Origin: Craspedostauros australis
Taxonomy: Eukaryota
Assembly (NCBI GenBank): GCA_030167865.1
Contig: JALAGF010006229.1
Coordinates: forward strand, 46,952 to 66,951
Direction of reading: 5' to 3'
DNA length: 20,000 nucleotides
Shown here: positions 1 through 10,069 of the stretch, one piece after another
Position numbering within the stretch: the stretch's first letter is position 1
How the letters are laid out: each line of letters begins with the position of its first letter
The notes under the pieces: model-generated
The model's input: only the letters and a program-made list of their open reading frames with translations
Database searches by the model: none
What the model was told of the DNA's origin: nothing
Program-made: the position numbers and the translations under genes

Positions 1-498
1 ACCATCAAGGCATCATTGGCGTTCCTTGCCCATCGCAGCATCCTGCAGAAGGCAAAGATCAGCGGCTGCTGGAAGACCACATTCTTCAAGAAGATCTGGG
101 AACGCCTCCACGTCGAACGGACATGGAGCGAGGATAAGGGTAAGGGCAAAGACGGCAAGGCCAAAGACGGCAAGGCCAAAACCAAGGACGATGCATCTGC
201 GACAGCTTCCAACAAAACGGGCGCCAACGGTACGCCAACCAAAGATGGCAAGGCCGATGGAAAGGCCAAGGGCGATCCCAATGACGAAGATATGGGTGAG
301 GGGATGAATGCGCTCATCAAGGCCGCTGCCATCTGGCTCACCGAGGAAGATCAGGCGACTGATGCAACACGAGGCGTCACTCGATCACGCAGTCGCCCTA
401 CAAGTGCCAGCGCGAAACGATCGGCCACTGTGACGCCAAGATCCAAATCGAGGGGCTCCAGCCTCACGTCCGGAAAGCGAAGGCGTGTGCATTTTTAA
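1..498 (+). CDS. 3' end of a hypothetical protein (5'-truncated by the window); Lys/Asp/Gly-rich linker and basic Ser/Arg-rich tail ending ..GKRRRVHF, possible nuclear protein
   Basis: Frame 1 is open from base 1 (ACC ATC AAG GCA..., TIKASLAFLAHRS...) to TAA at 496-498. Codon usage looks coding (C/G-ending codons, AAG, GAC). The track start at 16 is a TTG and is unlikely to be the real start. No family recognised. Confidence 0.6.
   Translation, partial: TIKASLAFLAHRSILQKAKISGCWKTTFFKKIWERLHVERTWSEDKGKGKDGKAKDGKAKTKDDASATASNKTGANGTPTKDGKADGKAKGDPNDEDMGEGMNALIKAAAIWLTEEDQATDATRGVTRSRSRPTSASAKRSATVTPRSKSRGSSLTSGKRRRVHF
148..180 (+). repeat. 15-nt coding tandem repeat (AAAGACGGCAAGGCC)x2 encoding KDGKA, with degenerate copies at 241-267
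   Basis: Read directly: 148-162 and 163-177 are identical; 241-255 is AAAGATGGCAAGGCC. Confidence 0.85.
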
Positions 499-1175
499 GC
501 TTAGCAAGCGAGAGCACTTTGCGATTCGTACTTGTATGTGTGGCAGGGGGCAAGGAACGCACACCAAGGGCAATGCAATTCTATGCTACACATAGGTTCA
601 TGGGTACATACGAGTACGGATGAAGAAGATGGGAGACGGGAGAACAGAGCACAACGGCACAACGGCACGATGTACGAGTAGGCAAGGCTTCAATGCCTCA
701 CATACATGCGAGATGCAATGTTTTACGCAAGATCAGAGATGGGGCGCCAGGGGGAGGGAGGGAGATGGCATCGGGAACTTTTGCATCCAGAATACACCGG
801 GAAGACATGCATATCAGCACAGCAGTGCTACTCGTAGTAGGAGTACCAATTAATAGGCTGCAACAAACAGCAACAGCAACAACTACAGGAAGGAAAGTGC
901 TCGGGTAAAGACGCTAATGTTAGCGGCCATTTTCACTACTCCCACTCTCTGACTTTTTGTTCATGCATCCAATTAAATTCAGCATCAAAAGCCGTGGTCA
1001 GGGTAGAGATGCATGGCAATTTGAGTTCTTGACAGATTCGATGTTATTACTCCATGTTTTGCGCCCCGTTGCGTTGCGTACAGAGTGTAGAGTTCTACCG
1101 TTCCAGTAGCACGTGTCCTGATGCTGCTGTTGCCTCTTCGCTCTGCGCGTTTCCGTGTTCCGAAATGCTGCGCAG

Positions 1176-4100
1176 TCAAGTTGCATGTTGGAGATCGATG
1201 GAGATCTCTTGAGTCAATCGTTGCAAGGCTCTGTTGCGGGTAGTTTCCTTGATGATACTGCGGACAAGTTCGGTGCGATCCAATTGCAAGATGTCAGGCG
1301 CTGGATTCAACCACCAGCAAAGATAGTCAGAGCTGATCGTCGGCCGCGTGCCACTGCCACTGCCACTGCCACCGCGACCACCGACGCCCTCTTTGGTCTC
1401 CGTTTGCATCGCTTCGTCATCATTATCATCATCATCACCGCCATCGTCGCTGACGCGAGTACGACCGAGCAACATATCCGCCAGCACACGAATCTGCGTT
1501 TCATGGCTCCCCGCAGCCAGAATCTTCGAATACATCCCCAACCAGAACTGGAACTCCGTCTTGGATCCCAGGCAAACAGCACATGCCATGCGATCTTCGC
1601 AGTGTGCACGCGTCACATAGTCCGACAAGGATGCATCCATCACACGGCCGAATCCAGGCTGCTGCTGCTGCTGTTGTTCGCGTCGGTTCTTTCGCTTCAT
1701 GCCCCGCATCATGGATGTCAGCGTGCCTGTGCGCACGGCATGTTCGTAGCTCGCCAATTCGTCCATGCCCTGCTGCTGTTGTTGATGTTCCTGAATGTTG
1801 CTGGTCATCTTCTTCGTCTTCCGTGGGACTGTGGTGTAAAAGTCGGACAGCACGAATCGACCATCTGCAGCACGAATCCAGAGCTCGGCATCTTCCAAAT
1901 ACACGAAGGCTTGCACAGACCCACCAGCACCAGCGTTTGCTGCGTTGGAAGAGCTGTTGTTTGCGCCGATCGTTCCCCCCATTCGGTTTTGATGCATGCT
2001 TCCATTGGGACCTGGCTTGCGCTTCGTTGGACCAAGCGAGAGCAGCAAGAGCAAGCGTCCTGTGGTGGTGATCTGGATGCGCGCGAGCTTGGGCAGAACG
2101 TTGGGTGGCAAACCTGCTGAGAGCGTGACGTGATTCATCGGTGTGCGAAGACTGCCCTTGAACAGTCGTTTGAGCTTGGGCAGAATCTGATGCACCACGA
2201 AATCTCCATCCGCTGTCACCACAAGAATGTCTGAGGATTTGGCACGCTTGTCACCTTCACCATTGGCTCCAACAAGAGCTCCAGCTGCTGTTGGCGTTAT
2301 TGAGTCGCGATCAATCTCTGTTTGTCTGATCTGCAACGACACGACGGGTGCGCCGTAAATGAATGGTGGGTGAGATCGAAAGGCGACGCCGCTGCACCAT
2401 CCCGTGGATGGAGACGTGCCATACAGCTGGACAGAGCCATCGGTCGTTCCAACTGCCAGAAAATCGTGACAAGCTGCAACAGCAGAGCATGAGGCGCCGA
2501 CCATTTGATCCTTCCATTTGGCCTTGCCGTCTTGCGTGATGGCCACGGTGGTGCATGAGATTGAAGCGTTGGATGACGGCAATGCCGCACTGGAGGATGA
2601 CCCCGTCATGGATTGAAGTGCGTTGGTGCACTCCACCACAAATCGTGATTCTGAGTTGCGAACGGGGAGGTCGATGGAATGCACGCGGCTCGTGCTGATT
2701 GGGATCTGCGGCGCCGCAACGTACTCAGCAGGACCTCCCACCACAGTTCGCGCTGGCATCGCATTCGCATTGGCGTTGGCTGTTGCATGGGCTGCTGCAG
2801 CTGCAGCCGCAGCCGACTGCGTATGTGCTGCGGATTCATGCTGCTGTTGCTGCTGCGTGCTGGTTGGATCGGTCGCCGCCGATGAAAGTTTGTTGTTGCG
2901 TTGCTTGGTGGCCGCATCAGCGCTGTTGGCAGCCTCCTGCACAGCATCCATGGCTGCGTGCAGAGGGTCCTTGCGGGCCTTCTTTGCGGCTGAATTGCCA
3001 ATAGCGTCCGCATCGCTGTTGGTGCCTCCCGGCGCACCTGAACCATCATTGGATTGTTGCTGTTGCTGAATGTCCCCATCCAGGACTTCGTCTTCGATGC
3101 CAATGAGGACAGGTCGAATGCGCTTCTTGCCACCCTGCGATTGACTCACGTGCTGGTTGGCCACGACTTGATCCGTTGTCATGGGTACGTTGTTGGTTCT
3201 GCTGGGCGAGACTGGTCTCATCGGCACCTGATCCAGGTCTCCATCGCCATCATCGTCACGCGCGTCGTTCTCCATGGTCATTTGGAAGGGATTCTCGATC
3301 AACCGCGGGGCCGCATTTTCGCCCACGAAGAGACGTCGGCCGTTGGACTCGATCGGGTTGATACCGTAACGCAATTCGAAGATGCGTCCGCGATCGGTGT
3401 CGTTGAGGATGGGCCCAATTTCATCCGGCACCTCGAAGCGCAGTGCGACGACCTGTCCGTCCAGCATGGAGACAATGAGAGCCAGCGCATTGTCTTGCAA
3501 CCGTCCCCACGCGATGTCGGTGATGGTCGATCTGGTCTTGGAGCATTTGAGCTTGAACACTGGTCTGGTTCGTTTCGTGCTCCAAACCGTGAGGAATCCG
3601 CTCCTGTCACCGAGTGCCAGCAGCGTGGCGTATTCAGGTTCGTCGTCGATGCCCTTGTCATCCGACTGCCCCTTCTTGCGTGCGTCGAGCAGATGGGGAC
3701 AGTGCCGACTGGCGACGACGGGCTGCTTGTGTCCAACCAGGCTGGCGGCTCCCGACGCGCCCGATTTGGATCCGCTGACGGCCCAGCCATCGCGCGAAAT
3801 CATGGATGCGACGTGCTTGTTCTTGACGACGGCATTGGTGGTGCAGATGTAGGATCCGTCCGTGCACCAGGACAGCCGTCGGAAGAGCGTTTGGCTAGAG
3901 AGACCGTAGGTGCTGCTGTCCTCGCCCCATCGCCGGAATATTCCGGAGTTGGCATCGATGCGTCGTTCCAGACCCCAGTCATCGTGCGCTCTCCAAATGC
4001 AGACGCAGGGATCGTCGCCGCTGCTGGCCAGGTAGGTGCCCGCTGGATCGAAGGTGACACCTTTGACGGTGGAGGAGTGTATCTGATGGCCGAGGATCTT

Positions 4101-5492
4101 GTACGGACTGCAGAGGATATTGTCGTGCGTGACGCGTCCCGTTTGGGTGGCAAGATCGGTGAGCTTCCAAACGATGATGGGCGCGTTGGAGTCGAGGGAG
4201 CAGCTGACCAGGTGAGAATCGTCGGGTGCCCATGCCAGGCCGACGACATCGAGGGAATGGCCACGACAAAGCTTGATGCGCGTCCAGTGTTCGACGTGAT
4301 TTTGGTCGGTCATGTTGCCAGAGATGGATGAGGAGTGCTTGGCCTGCGTGTAGATGCAGACCACGGAATCATCGCCCGCGCTTGCAAGGAACTTTCCGTT
4401 GTTGGAAAATCTGACAGACAACACGGAGGATCCAGTGTGGGCCGACAGGGTGCAGAGCAAACGATGCCGACGGTAGCGATCGTTGGCATTGTTGGTGCTG
4501 TGACTTCTGGAAGTGCGCTTGCTGGAGGCCTGTGACGGGGATTGGCTGTTCGGTTGCTGATCCTTGGTGGGTGTTGACTTGGACGGTGATACGTCCATGC
4601 TGTCATCTGTTGCTGCGCTGGCGTTGGTGCCGGCATTCGCCTTGCCGTCTGCATTTGGCTTCTTTTTGCTTCGAACCAAACTGGTCAGATCATGCACGCC
4701 ATCATCTTCCTGCTGACTGGAACTGTCCCTGGTAACGCTGTTGCGTGGTTCCTTGTCACCACCGTTGCCATTGCTGTGGCTGTGACTGTGACTGTTGTTG
4801 CTGTTGTCGCTGTCACTGTCCGCACTGCTGCTGCCATCACTGGATCCGCTGCCGTTGTCGCTGATGCTGGCATCTTCGCCTGACTGATTGCTTTCATCGG
4901 AGGCCGATTCGCCGCTGCTTTCGTACTTCCCATCTTCGTCGTACCATGATCCGCGTTGCTTTCTCCTGCGCGATGCCAGTTGTTTGTTGCCGTTGTTTTT
5001 GTTACTGTTGCTGTCTTTGTCCTTTTGCTGCCGTGATTGTTGCTGAGAGGTCGAGGGGGCATCAACATCAACATCAGCCTTCGCAGCTTGGCGCTTCGAG
5101 CGGCGCGTCTGCAAGGGAAAGAGCTGACTTGAGTTCCACAGACGGACCTTGCCGTCACCTCCACCAGTGGCGAACTTGGAGCCATCGGGATGGAAGTCGA
5201 TGCTGTACATGGCGCACTTCTGCGTGGATGCTCCTGCTCCTGCTCCGCCGCCGTTGAAGCCACCACCTCCAAGACCTTCCAACAGAGACAGGGATTCTCT
5301 CGCTCGCAACGCGCTGCTGTGTCTGTGAGACGATGAGGCACCATTGCCGTTTCCGTTGCTTCCGCCATTCGCATTGCCTGAAGCCGATCCAGACGATCCG
5401 TCCGTGCCAATGAGGTTGCTGGTTTGGGATGACCCTGACGGACCATCATTGTTGTAATGGGCAACCCATAAAGGTACCTCCGCGACCACCAT
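1176..5492 (-). CDS. HIRA: Histone H3.3 chaperone HIRA/Hir1 (WD40 propeller, ASF1-binding B-motif, C-terminal Hira domain), 1438 aa
   Basis: N-terminal 'PLWVAH...MYSIDFHPDGSKFATGGGDGKVRLWN' matches the HIRA start. WD repeats include 'HSLDVVGLAWAPDDSHLVSCSLD' and 'HSSTVKGVTFDPAGTYLASSGDD', followed by 'TLFRRLSWCTDG'. B-motif 'GGKKRIRPVLI' lies at ~3100-3135. The C-terminal 'TRAHCEDRMACAVCLGSKTEFQFWLGMYSKIL' matches the Hira domain. ATG at 5492-5490 and TGA at 1178-1176, single ORF. Confidence 0.95.
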   Translation of the reverse strand: MVVAEVPLWVAHYNNDGPSGSSQTSNLIGTDGSSGSASGNANGGSNGNGNGASSSHRHSSALRARESLSLLEGLGGGGFNGGGAGAGASTQKCAMYSIDFHPDGSKFATGGGDGKVRLWNSSQLFPLQTRRSKRQAAKADVDVDAPSTSQQQSRQQKDKDSNSNKNNGNKQLASRRRKQRGSWYDEDGKYESSGESASDESNQSGEDASISDNGSGSSDGSSSADSDSDNSNNSHSHSHSNGNGGDKEPRNSVTRDSSSQQEDDGVHDLTSLVRSKKKPNADGKANAGTNASAATDDSMDVSPSKSTPTKDQQPNSQSPSQASSKRTSRSHSTNNANDRYRRHRLLCTLSAHTGSSVLSVRFSNNGKFLASAGDDSVVCIYTQAKHSSSISGNMTDQNHVEHWTRIKLCRGHSLDVVGLAWAPDDSHLVSCSLDSNAPIIVWKLTDLATQTGRVTHDNILCSPYKILGHQIHSSTVKGVTFDPAGTYLASSGDDPCVCIWRAHDDWGLERRIDANSGIFRRWGEDSSTYGLSSQTLFRRLSWCTDGSYICTTNAVVKNKHVASMISRDGWAVSGSKSGASGAASLVGHKQPVVASRHCPHLLDARKKGQSDDKGIDDEPEYATLLALGDRSGFLTVWSTKRTRPVFKLKCSKTRSTITDIAWGRLQDNALALIVSMLDGQVVALRFEVPDEIGPILNDTDRGRIFELRYGINPIESNGRRLFVGENAAPRLIENPFQMTMENDARDDDGDGDLDQVPMRPVSPSRTNNVPMTTDQVVANQHVSQSQGGKKRIRPVLIGIEDEVLDGDIQQQQQSNDGSGAPGGTNSDADAIGNSAAKKARKDPLHAAMDAVQEAANSADAATKQRNNKLSSAATDPTSTQQQQQHESAAHTQSAAAAAAAAHATANANANAMPARTVVGGPAEYVAAPQIPISTSRVHSIDLPVRNSESRFVVECTNALQSMTGSSSSAALPSSNASISCTTVAITQDGKAKWKDQMVGASCSAVAACHDFLAVGTTDGSVQLYGTSPSTGWCSGVAFRSHPPFIYGAPVVSLQIRQTEIDRDSITPTAAGALVGANGEGDKRAKSSDILVVTADGDFVVHQILPKLKRLFKGSLRTPMNHVTLSAGLPPNVLPKLARIQITTTGRLLLLLSLGPTKRKPGPNGSMHQNRMGGTIGANNSSSNAANAGAGGSVQAFVYLEDAELWIRAADGRFVLSDFYTTVPRKTKKMTSNIQEHQQQQQGMDELASYEHAVRTGTLTSMMRGMKRKNRREQQQQQQPGFGRVMDASLSDYVTRAHCEDRMACAVCLGSKTEFQFWLGMYSKILAAGSHETQIRVLADMLLGRTRVSDDGGDDDDNDDEAMQTETKEGVGGRGGSGSGSGTRPTISSDYLCWWLNPAPDILQLDRTELVRSIIKETTRNRALQRLTQEISIDLQHAT

Positions 5493-6849
5493 CTTTCCTG
5501 TGCTGTGCTGCTGCTGTTGCTAGAGTGTTGATGCAAGTGCTGCTGCAAGCGCTGCTACTGCGCATGAAGAAGATGATAGCAACGATAGCAACGATTGATA
5601 ACTTGACTGCTTCTTTTCTTGACGAGGCCTCTTGTTCCAATGCTTCTTCGCTTCAATGCAATGGTCGTTTGTTTGGTTACCTCCCTTGTTGCTCTTACCC
5701 TTGCTCTCGCTCTCGCTCTTGCTCTCGGATCGTTCTCTCTTGGTGTCTTGGCGATCGAGGAGACATCATTCATGGCCACGCTCTCCACAGACTTTCCACC
5801 ACAATTTTGCTTCGTGATTCGTTCGCGTGTTTTTGGTGTTGTTGTTGGCGATCCAATCTTGTCCGCTTCGTTTTTCCTCTCTTCCATTCCCGCCACGAGC
5901 TCCGAAGTAGTTGGCGTACGAGGTCGAACCGTCTCATCCACTGTTTCCATTCGACACTTTCGACTCCAAGGCAGAGAGTAGTCCGTTGGAATCGATGGAG
6001 CAGATCGCACCGTTTCATTTTTTGCCGCAGCGAAAAGGAGCACAACCAAAATCCGGGTCTTCGTGACACAGCGACAGGCAACGACGCATCGTGTTCACTG
6101 CCGGCGGAGTCATCTTGACACGGACGCAACGCGGAAGACAACTTCTTGTTCGTGGTGGCGGGAAAACCAAGCAACACGGAACAGAGAGGAGTTGACAGAC
6201 CGCACACAAACACACACGCACATGCACACCCTTGTACCGTTTCATGATCCTTTGCGCAGAACAAAGAAAGAGAGAGAGAGGAACGAGGAACACACAAGAG
6301 AGATCGACAACCTGTGAGAGAAGTCTACATAAGGGTTATTCCAGCGCCTCGGACACATTCATATACTACGATTGCCACCACCCATTGCACATCAATCGCA
6401 AACGCTCGCGCTGCATCCACCACTTCAGCAGAAGATCGCACGCCGTAGCGTGTAGAATAGTCATTTGGGGACGTTGTCAGATACAGAAGGCCCCATCTGG
6501 AGATTCCTCGAACCTCCATAGGCGGCTCGTTCCCTTGGAAACCGCAACCAGAAGCATTCATGCCCAAAGGTCCATTTGGATTTCCATCGGACTTCTAATC
6601 GGGGCTTTCCAGTGAGAAGACAGCACCTGTGCTCCACAACAAGCACAACTAGCACAACAAGCACAGATAGGCCATAGATCGAGGCCACAGAGTCGTGAAG
6701 TCTATTCTATTCTATTGCATTCGATTACAGTACACGATAGAGTATTCCATAGCGACACATCATCGCCATCATACATCATACATCACCACACAGAAGACAG
6801 AACACAGAACACAAACAACAGACAAACAACAGAAGTAGAAGTACAAAAG
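5493..6849. promoter_or_regulatory. Divergent intergenic region (promoters and 5' UTRs) between HIRA and the ankyrin gene
   Basis: Head-to-head gene arrangement. A/C-rich leaders lie directly upstream of both ATGs (e.g. 6770-6849). Contains microsatellites (GA)n at ~6267-6280 and (CTATT)3 at ~6702-6716. No specific element identified. Confidence 0.45.
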
Positions 6850-9498
6850 ATGGAAGCAATTGCGCTGGATATCGACGCGGATGAATTGATGAACGACGCC
6901 GACGATCCTGAAGACGCCATGGTGGTACAAGCCACGGACACCATCTCGCCCTACCTCTTCCGCATGATGCAGGAGCACTGCACCTGCAAGTCCATCCTCG
7001 CCGTCACGAGGGCGGAGAGCAGCTGCGACCGCTACGTCCAGTGCTGTCGCCAGAACCCGGAGCAGGTCTTCTACTCCTCCCCTGGATCCGGAAGGACGCC
7101 CTTCCTCGAGGCCTGCCTCCGCGGCCATTGCCGACACATCATCTCGGCGTTGCTGGAAGCAAACCCGCTGGCTGGCTCGGACAGGGACGTCGCGCGCAAC
7201 ACGCCCCTGCACCTTCTCTTCGCGGACTCCACATCCACCCTCAATCCAAATGAAACCGAACACATCCTCACCATGCTCCTGCGTTCAAACCCACACACGG
7301 TGGGCCTTGCCCGCAACAACGCTGGCGACACGGTGCTCCACAAAGCCTGCAGCGCACCGGAAGCCATGATCAACTCAGCCTGCCTCGTCAAGCTCCTCGA
7401 GGCATGTCCGGAGAGCGCCAAGATGAGAAACAACCGCAACCAATCGCCGCTGCATCTGCACTGCCGCAGAGCCAATGCCAGCGTCCAGGTCGCCAAGCTC
7501 CTCGTCAAGGCTGACTTGCTGCTGCTCGGCACCCGCGACACGGAGAACGGATGGGCGCCCATCCATTACGCGGCGGCCGAAGCCAACTACCCTCTCCTGG
7601 AGTATCTCATCCACCAGACCAAGGCGGCTGTCTCCCTGCGCACATCGCGGCATTCGGAATCGGTGCTGCATCTCCTCTTCAAGAATGGTAACTTCCAGAA
7701 CTGTCCAGCCACCTTGCTGCAGGCCTACCTCAAGGCGGACCCTGCAGCCGTCACGCATTCTGAGACCATGCATTCCAAAACTCCCTTGCATCTCCTCTGC
7801 CAGAAATCGACGGTACCGCCCGACCTGGTGCGCGAGCTCCTCACGGCGGGCAGGGGCGCGGCATCCGTCGCGGATCGCAATCAGTACCTCCCCATCCATT
7901 ACGCGTGCGAGGTGGGAGCGTTGCCGCAGGTCATCGAATTGCTGCTCAAGGCGTACCCCGAGGGCGCCAAGGTCATGACCAGAAAGCAGGACACCGCCCT
8001 GTCGCTGGCATGCTCCACCAACCAGAGCGTCGACTCCGTCCAGATGCTCATCGATGCCAACCCGTCCGCTCTCACGCACAAGAATGATTACGGATACGCG
8101 CCGATCCACTGCGTGTGCCGCGCCTACCAACCTCGCATGGGGATCGTCGAGGCCTTGGTGGAAACGCGTCCTGAATGCGTCGCGTTGAAGACCAACGCTG
8201 GCGAGACAGCGATGCATCTGGCATCCAGCAACGCCGGAGTCTTCGTCGGCATACTCAAAGTCCTCAACACGGCTCTGCGTACCTTTGAGAAGATCGAGAG
8301 CACATCGGGAGCCGATGCTGCGACCAGCATGGCCGACAAAAAGATGACCAACAAGGTCGGCAACACGCCGCTGCATGATGCCTGCTTCCGCGGTTCCTCA
8401 TTCGAAATGCTCGAGACCCTGGCAATGGCCAATCCCAAATGGATCAACATACGCAACGTCGGTGGTTACACACCGCTGCAAATACTCATCAAGTGCGGAC
8501 GCCTCGACGAACGCATCGTCACATTCTTCTCGCAGCTCGGTGGGCCCGAGATCTTTTCCATCCTAGACTTCACGGGCAACACGCCATTGCATTCTGCCAT
8601 GAGGGGAGACACGGACGTTGCCACCGTGCACTGCTTGATCCGGGCACGACCGGAATCCCTGTCCGCAAAAACAGTGTACGGCGACACACCGTTGCATCTT
8701 GCTTGCTTCCGGCTGGCAAGCCCGGACGTAGTTCGGGAGGTTGTCATGGCAGGCAGCATGGACCGCAGCTCGCCCGTCCTGGTCCACAACTCGTCGGGGC
8801 AAACGCCCATCTCCATCGCGATGGAGGAGTTCCGATCCAGCGGCTGCGGATGCCACAGCCGATCGTCGCATGCCTCCGTGTCACAGCGCAGCCGGTCCTT
8901 TCAAATCCTCGCCATCCTCGTCAAGGTGCTGTTTTATGGCACGGAGAACTACTACAAGGAATCCTGCAGCTTGGTCCATGCCTGCGTATCGTTGCACCGA
9001 CGAAATATCCGTCTCGACCCCGCCTTCATCCGGCAAGTCATCCATACATACCCAGGAGAAGTCAAACTCATGGACGTGCAGGGCAGCTACCCGCTGCACA
9101 TCGAGGCCAGCATCCCCGTCGAAAAGATGGCCCTGCTCGACTCGCCGCATAGCTGCGTGGACCCTTCAGCGCACGAACGATCCAGCATTCTGCGACTGTT
9201 GCTGGAGATGTATCCCGAGGCCACATCCACGCGCAACGAATTCGGCGAATTCCCGTTGGGATTGATGATCCAGAATGGAAGGGTCTGGGGACACACCATG
9301 GCATTGGCGCTACGGTCCTTCCCCGAAGCGCTGCACTGGTGCCAACGTCTCGATGACAATCTGCTACCCAACATCCTGGAAAAGGCGGGCAGGGAATGCG
9401 GTTCCAACACTCTCTTCGTGCTCCTTTGCAACTGGCCTGGCATCGCGCCGTTTGCTAGGGAAAGTCCGACGACGGCGGCGATGACGACGACGACGTGA
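6850..9498 (+). CDS. Multi-ankyrin-repeat protein (~18 repeats), 882 aa, function unknown
   Basis: Repeated GxTPLHxAC-type motifs: GRTPFLEAC, RNTPLHLLF, GDTVLHKAC, NQSPLHLHC, GWAPIHYAA, SKTPLHLLC, QYLPIHYAC, GYAPIHCVC, GETAMHLAS, GNTPLHDAC, GYTPLQILI, GNTPLHSAM, GDTPLHLAC, GQTPISIAM, GSYPLHIEA, GEFPLGLMI. Helix caps of the LL..YPE/NP type follow them. The first in-frame ATG is at 6850 (AAAAGATGG); the track start at 6715 is a TTG. Confidence 0.9.
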   Translation: MEAIALDIDADELMNDADDPEDAMVVQATDTISPYLFRMMQEHCTCKSILAVTRAESSCDRYVQCCRQNPEQVFYSSPGSGRTPFLEACLRGHCRHIISALLEANPLAGSDRDVARNTPLHLLFADSTSTLNPNETEHILTMLLRSNPHTVGLARNNAGDTVLHKACSAPEAMINSACLVKLLEACPESAKMRNNRNQSPLHLHCRRANASVQVAKLLVKADLLLLGTRDTENGWAPIHYAAAEANYPLLEYLIHQTKAAVSLRTSRHSESVLHLLFKNGNFQNCPATLLQAYLKADPAAVTHSETMHSKTPLHLLCQKSTVPPDLVRELLTAGRGAASVADRNQYLPIHYACEVGALPQVIELLLKAYPEGAKVMTRKQDTALSLACSTNQSVDSVQMLIDANPSALTHKNDYGYAPIHCVCRAYQPRMGIVEALVETRPECVALKTNAGETAMHLASSNAGVFVGILKVLNTALRTFEKIESTSGADAATSMADKKMTNKVGNTPLHDACFRGSSFEMLETLAMANPKWINIRNVGGYTPLQILIKCGRLDERIVTFFSQLGGPEIFSILDFTGNTPLHSAMRGDTDVATVHCLIRARPESLSAKTVYGDTPLHLACFRLASPDVVREVVMAGSMDRSSPVLVHNSSGQTPISIAMEEFRSSGCGCHSRSSHASVSQRSRSFQILAILVKVLFYGTENYYKESCSLVHACVSLHRRNIRLDPAFIRQVIHTYPGEVKLMDVQGSYPLHIEASIPVEKMALLDSPHSCVDPSAHERSSILRLLLEMYPEATSTRNEFGEFPLGLMIQNGRVWGHTMALALRSFPEALHWCQRLDDNLLPNILEKAGRECGSNTLFVLLCNWPGIAPFARESPTTAAMTTTT

Positions 9499-10069
9499 TT
9501 TTGCTCATTTTATCATACGTTCCGACTCTACTCCATGATTATACACTCTATTCGATAAGACCATCATACGCTTCTCTTGGCAAGCATACGGTTGCTGTTC
9601 CGAAGTGGTTTGGTTCTGATGACGACAAAGGCGGTCGATGGGAGGAGGGCGGCATGGTGCCTACGAGTACAGTGGACCGCACTCCTTTCGAGTAATGCTC
9701 TTCTGAATACGAGGAGCCACTGCAGACTTGCGTTTCCCAATCCACGCTGTGAAGCTGGAGCGGACAGAAGGCGTGCGTGGATTCGTCGTACGAGCATGAT
9801 ATCATAGTTTGTAGAGTATTATTATATATCATATTATATTAGATGAAGTTATGTTGCTAGCTGTATATGTGTTTGCGTTAATGTGACAATCCACTCTGCT
9901 GCTGACATTGGCTGTGTGATATACCAGTATGATGCTGACAGCGGAGTTTCGGAGAGTAGAGTACTCGAGAGTCGCGATGATGGTCCTTGTTGCCGTTCCA
10001 ATGCAGCAGGCATGCATGAAGTATCGCGGTGTTGGAAGGCTTCTTGGAAGGAACGGTGGCGGAGCTCGC

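Noticed and set aside
3054..4331. 425-aa + strand ORF (also 1155-2120)
   Set aside because: Antisense shadows of HIRA with no recognisable motifs.
5429..6297. Several 120-230-aa ORFs in the HIRA-ankyrin intergenic region
   Set aside because: Driven by microsatellite and low-complexity sequence (e.g. RARARA), mostly non-ATG starts, no domain signal. A uORF cannot be excluded.
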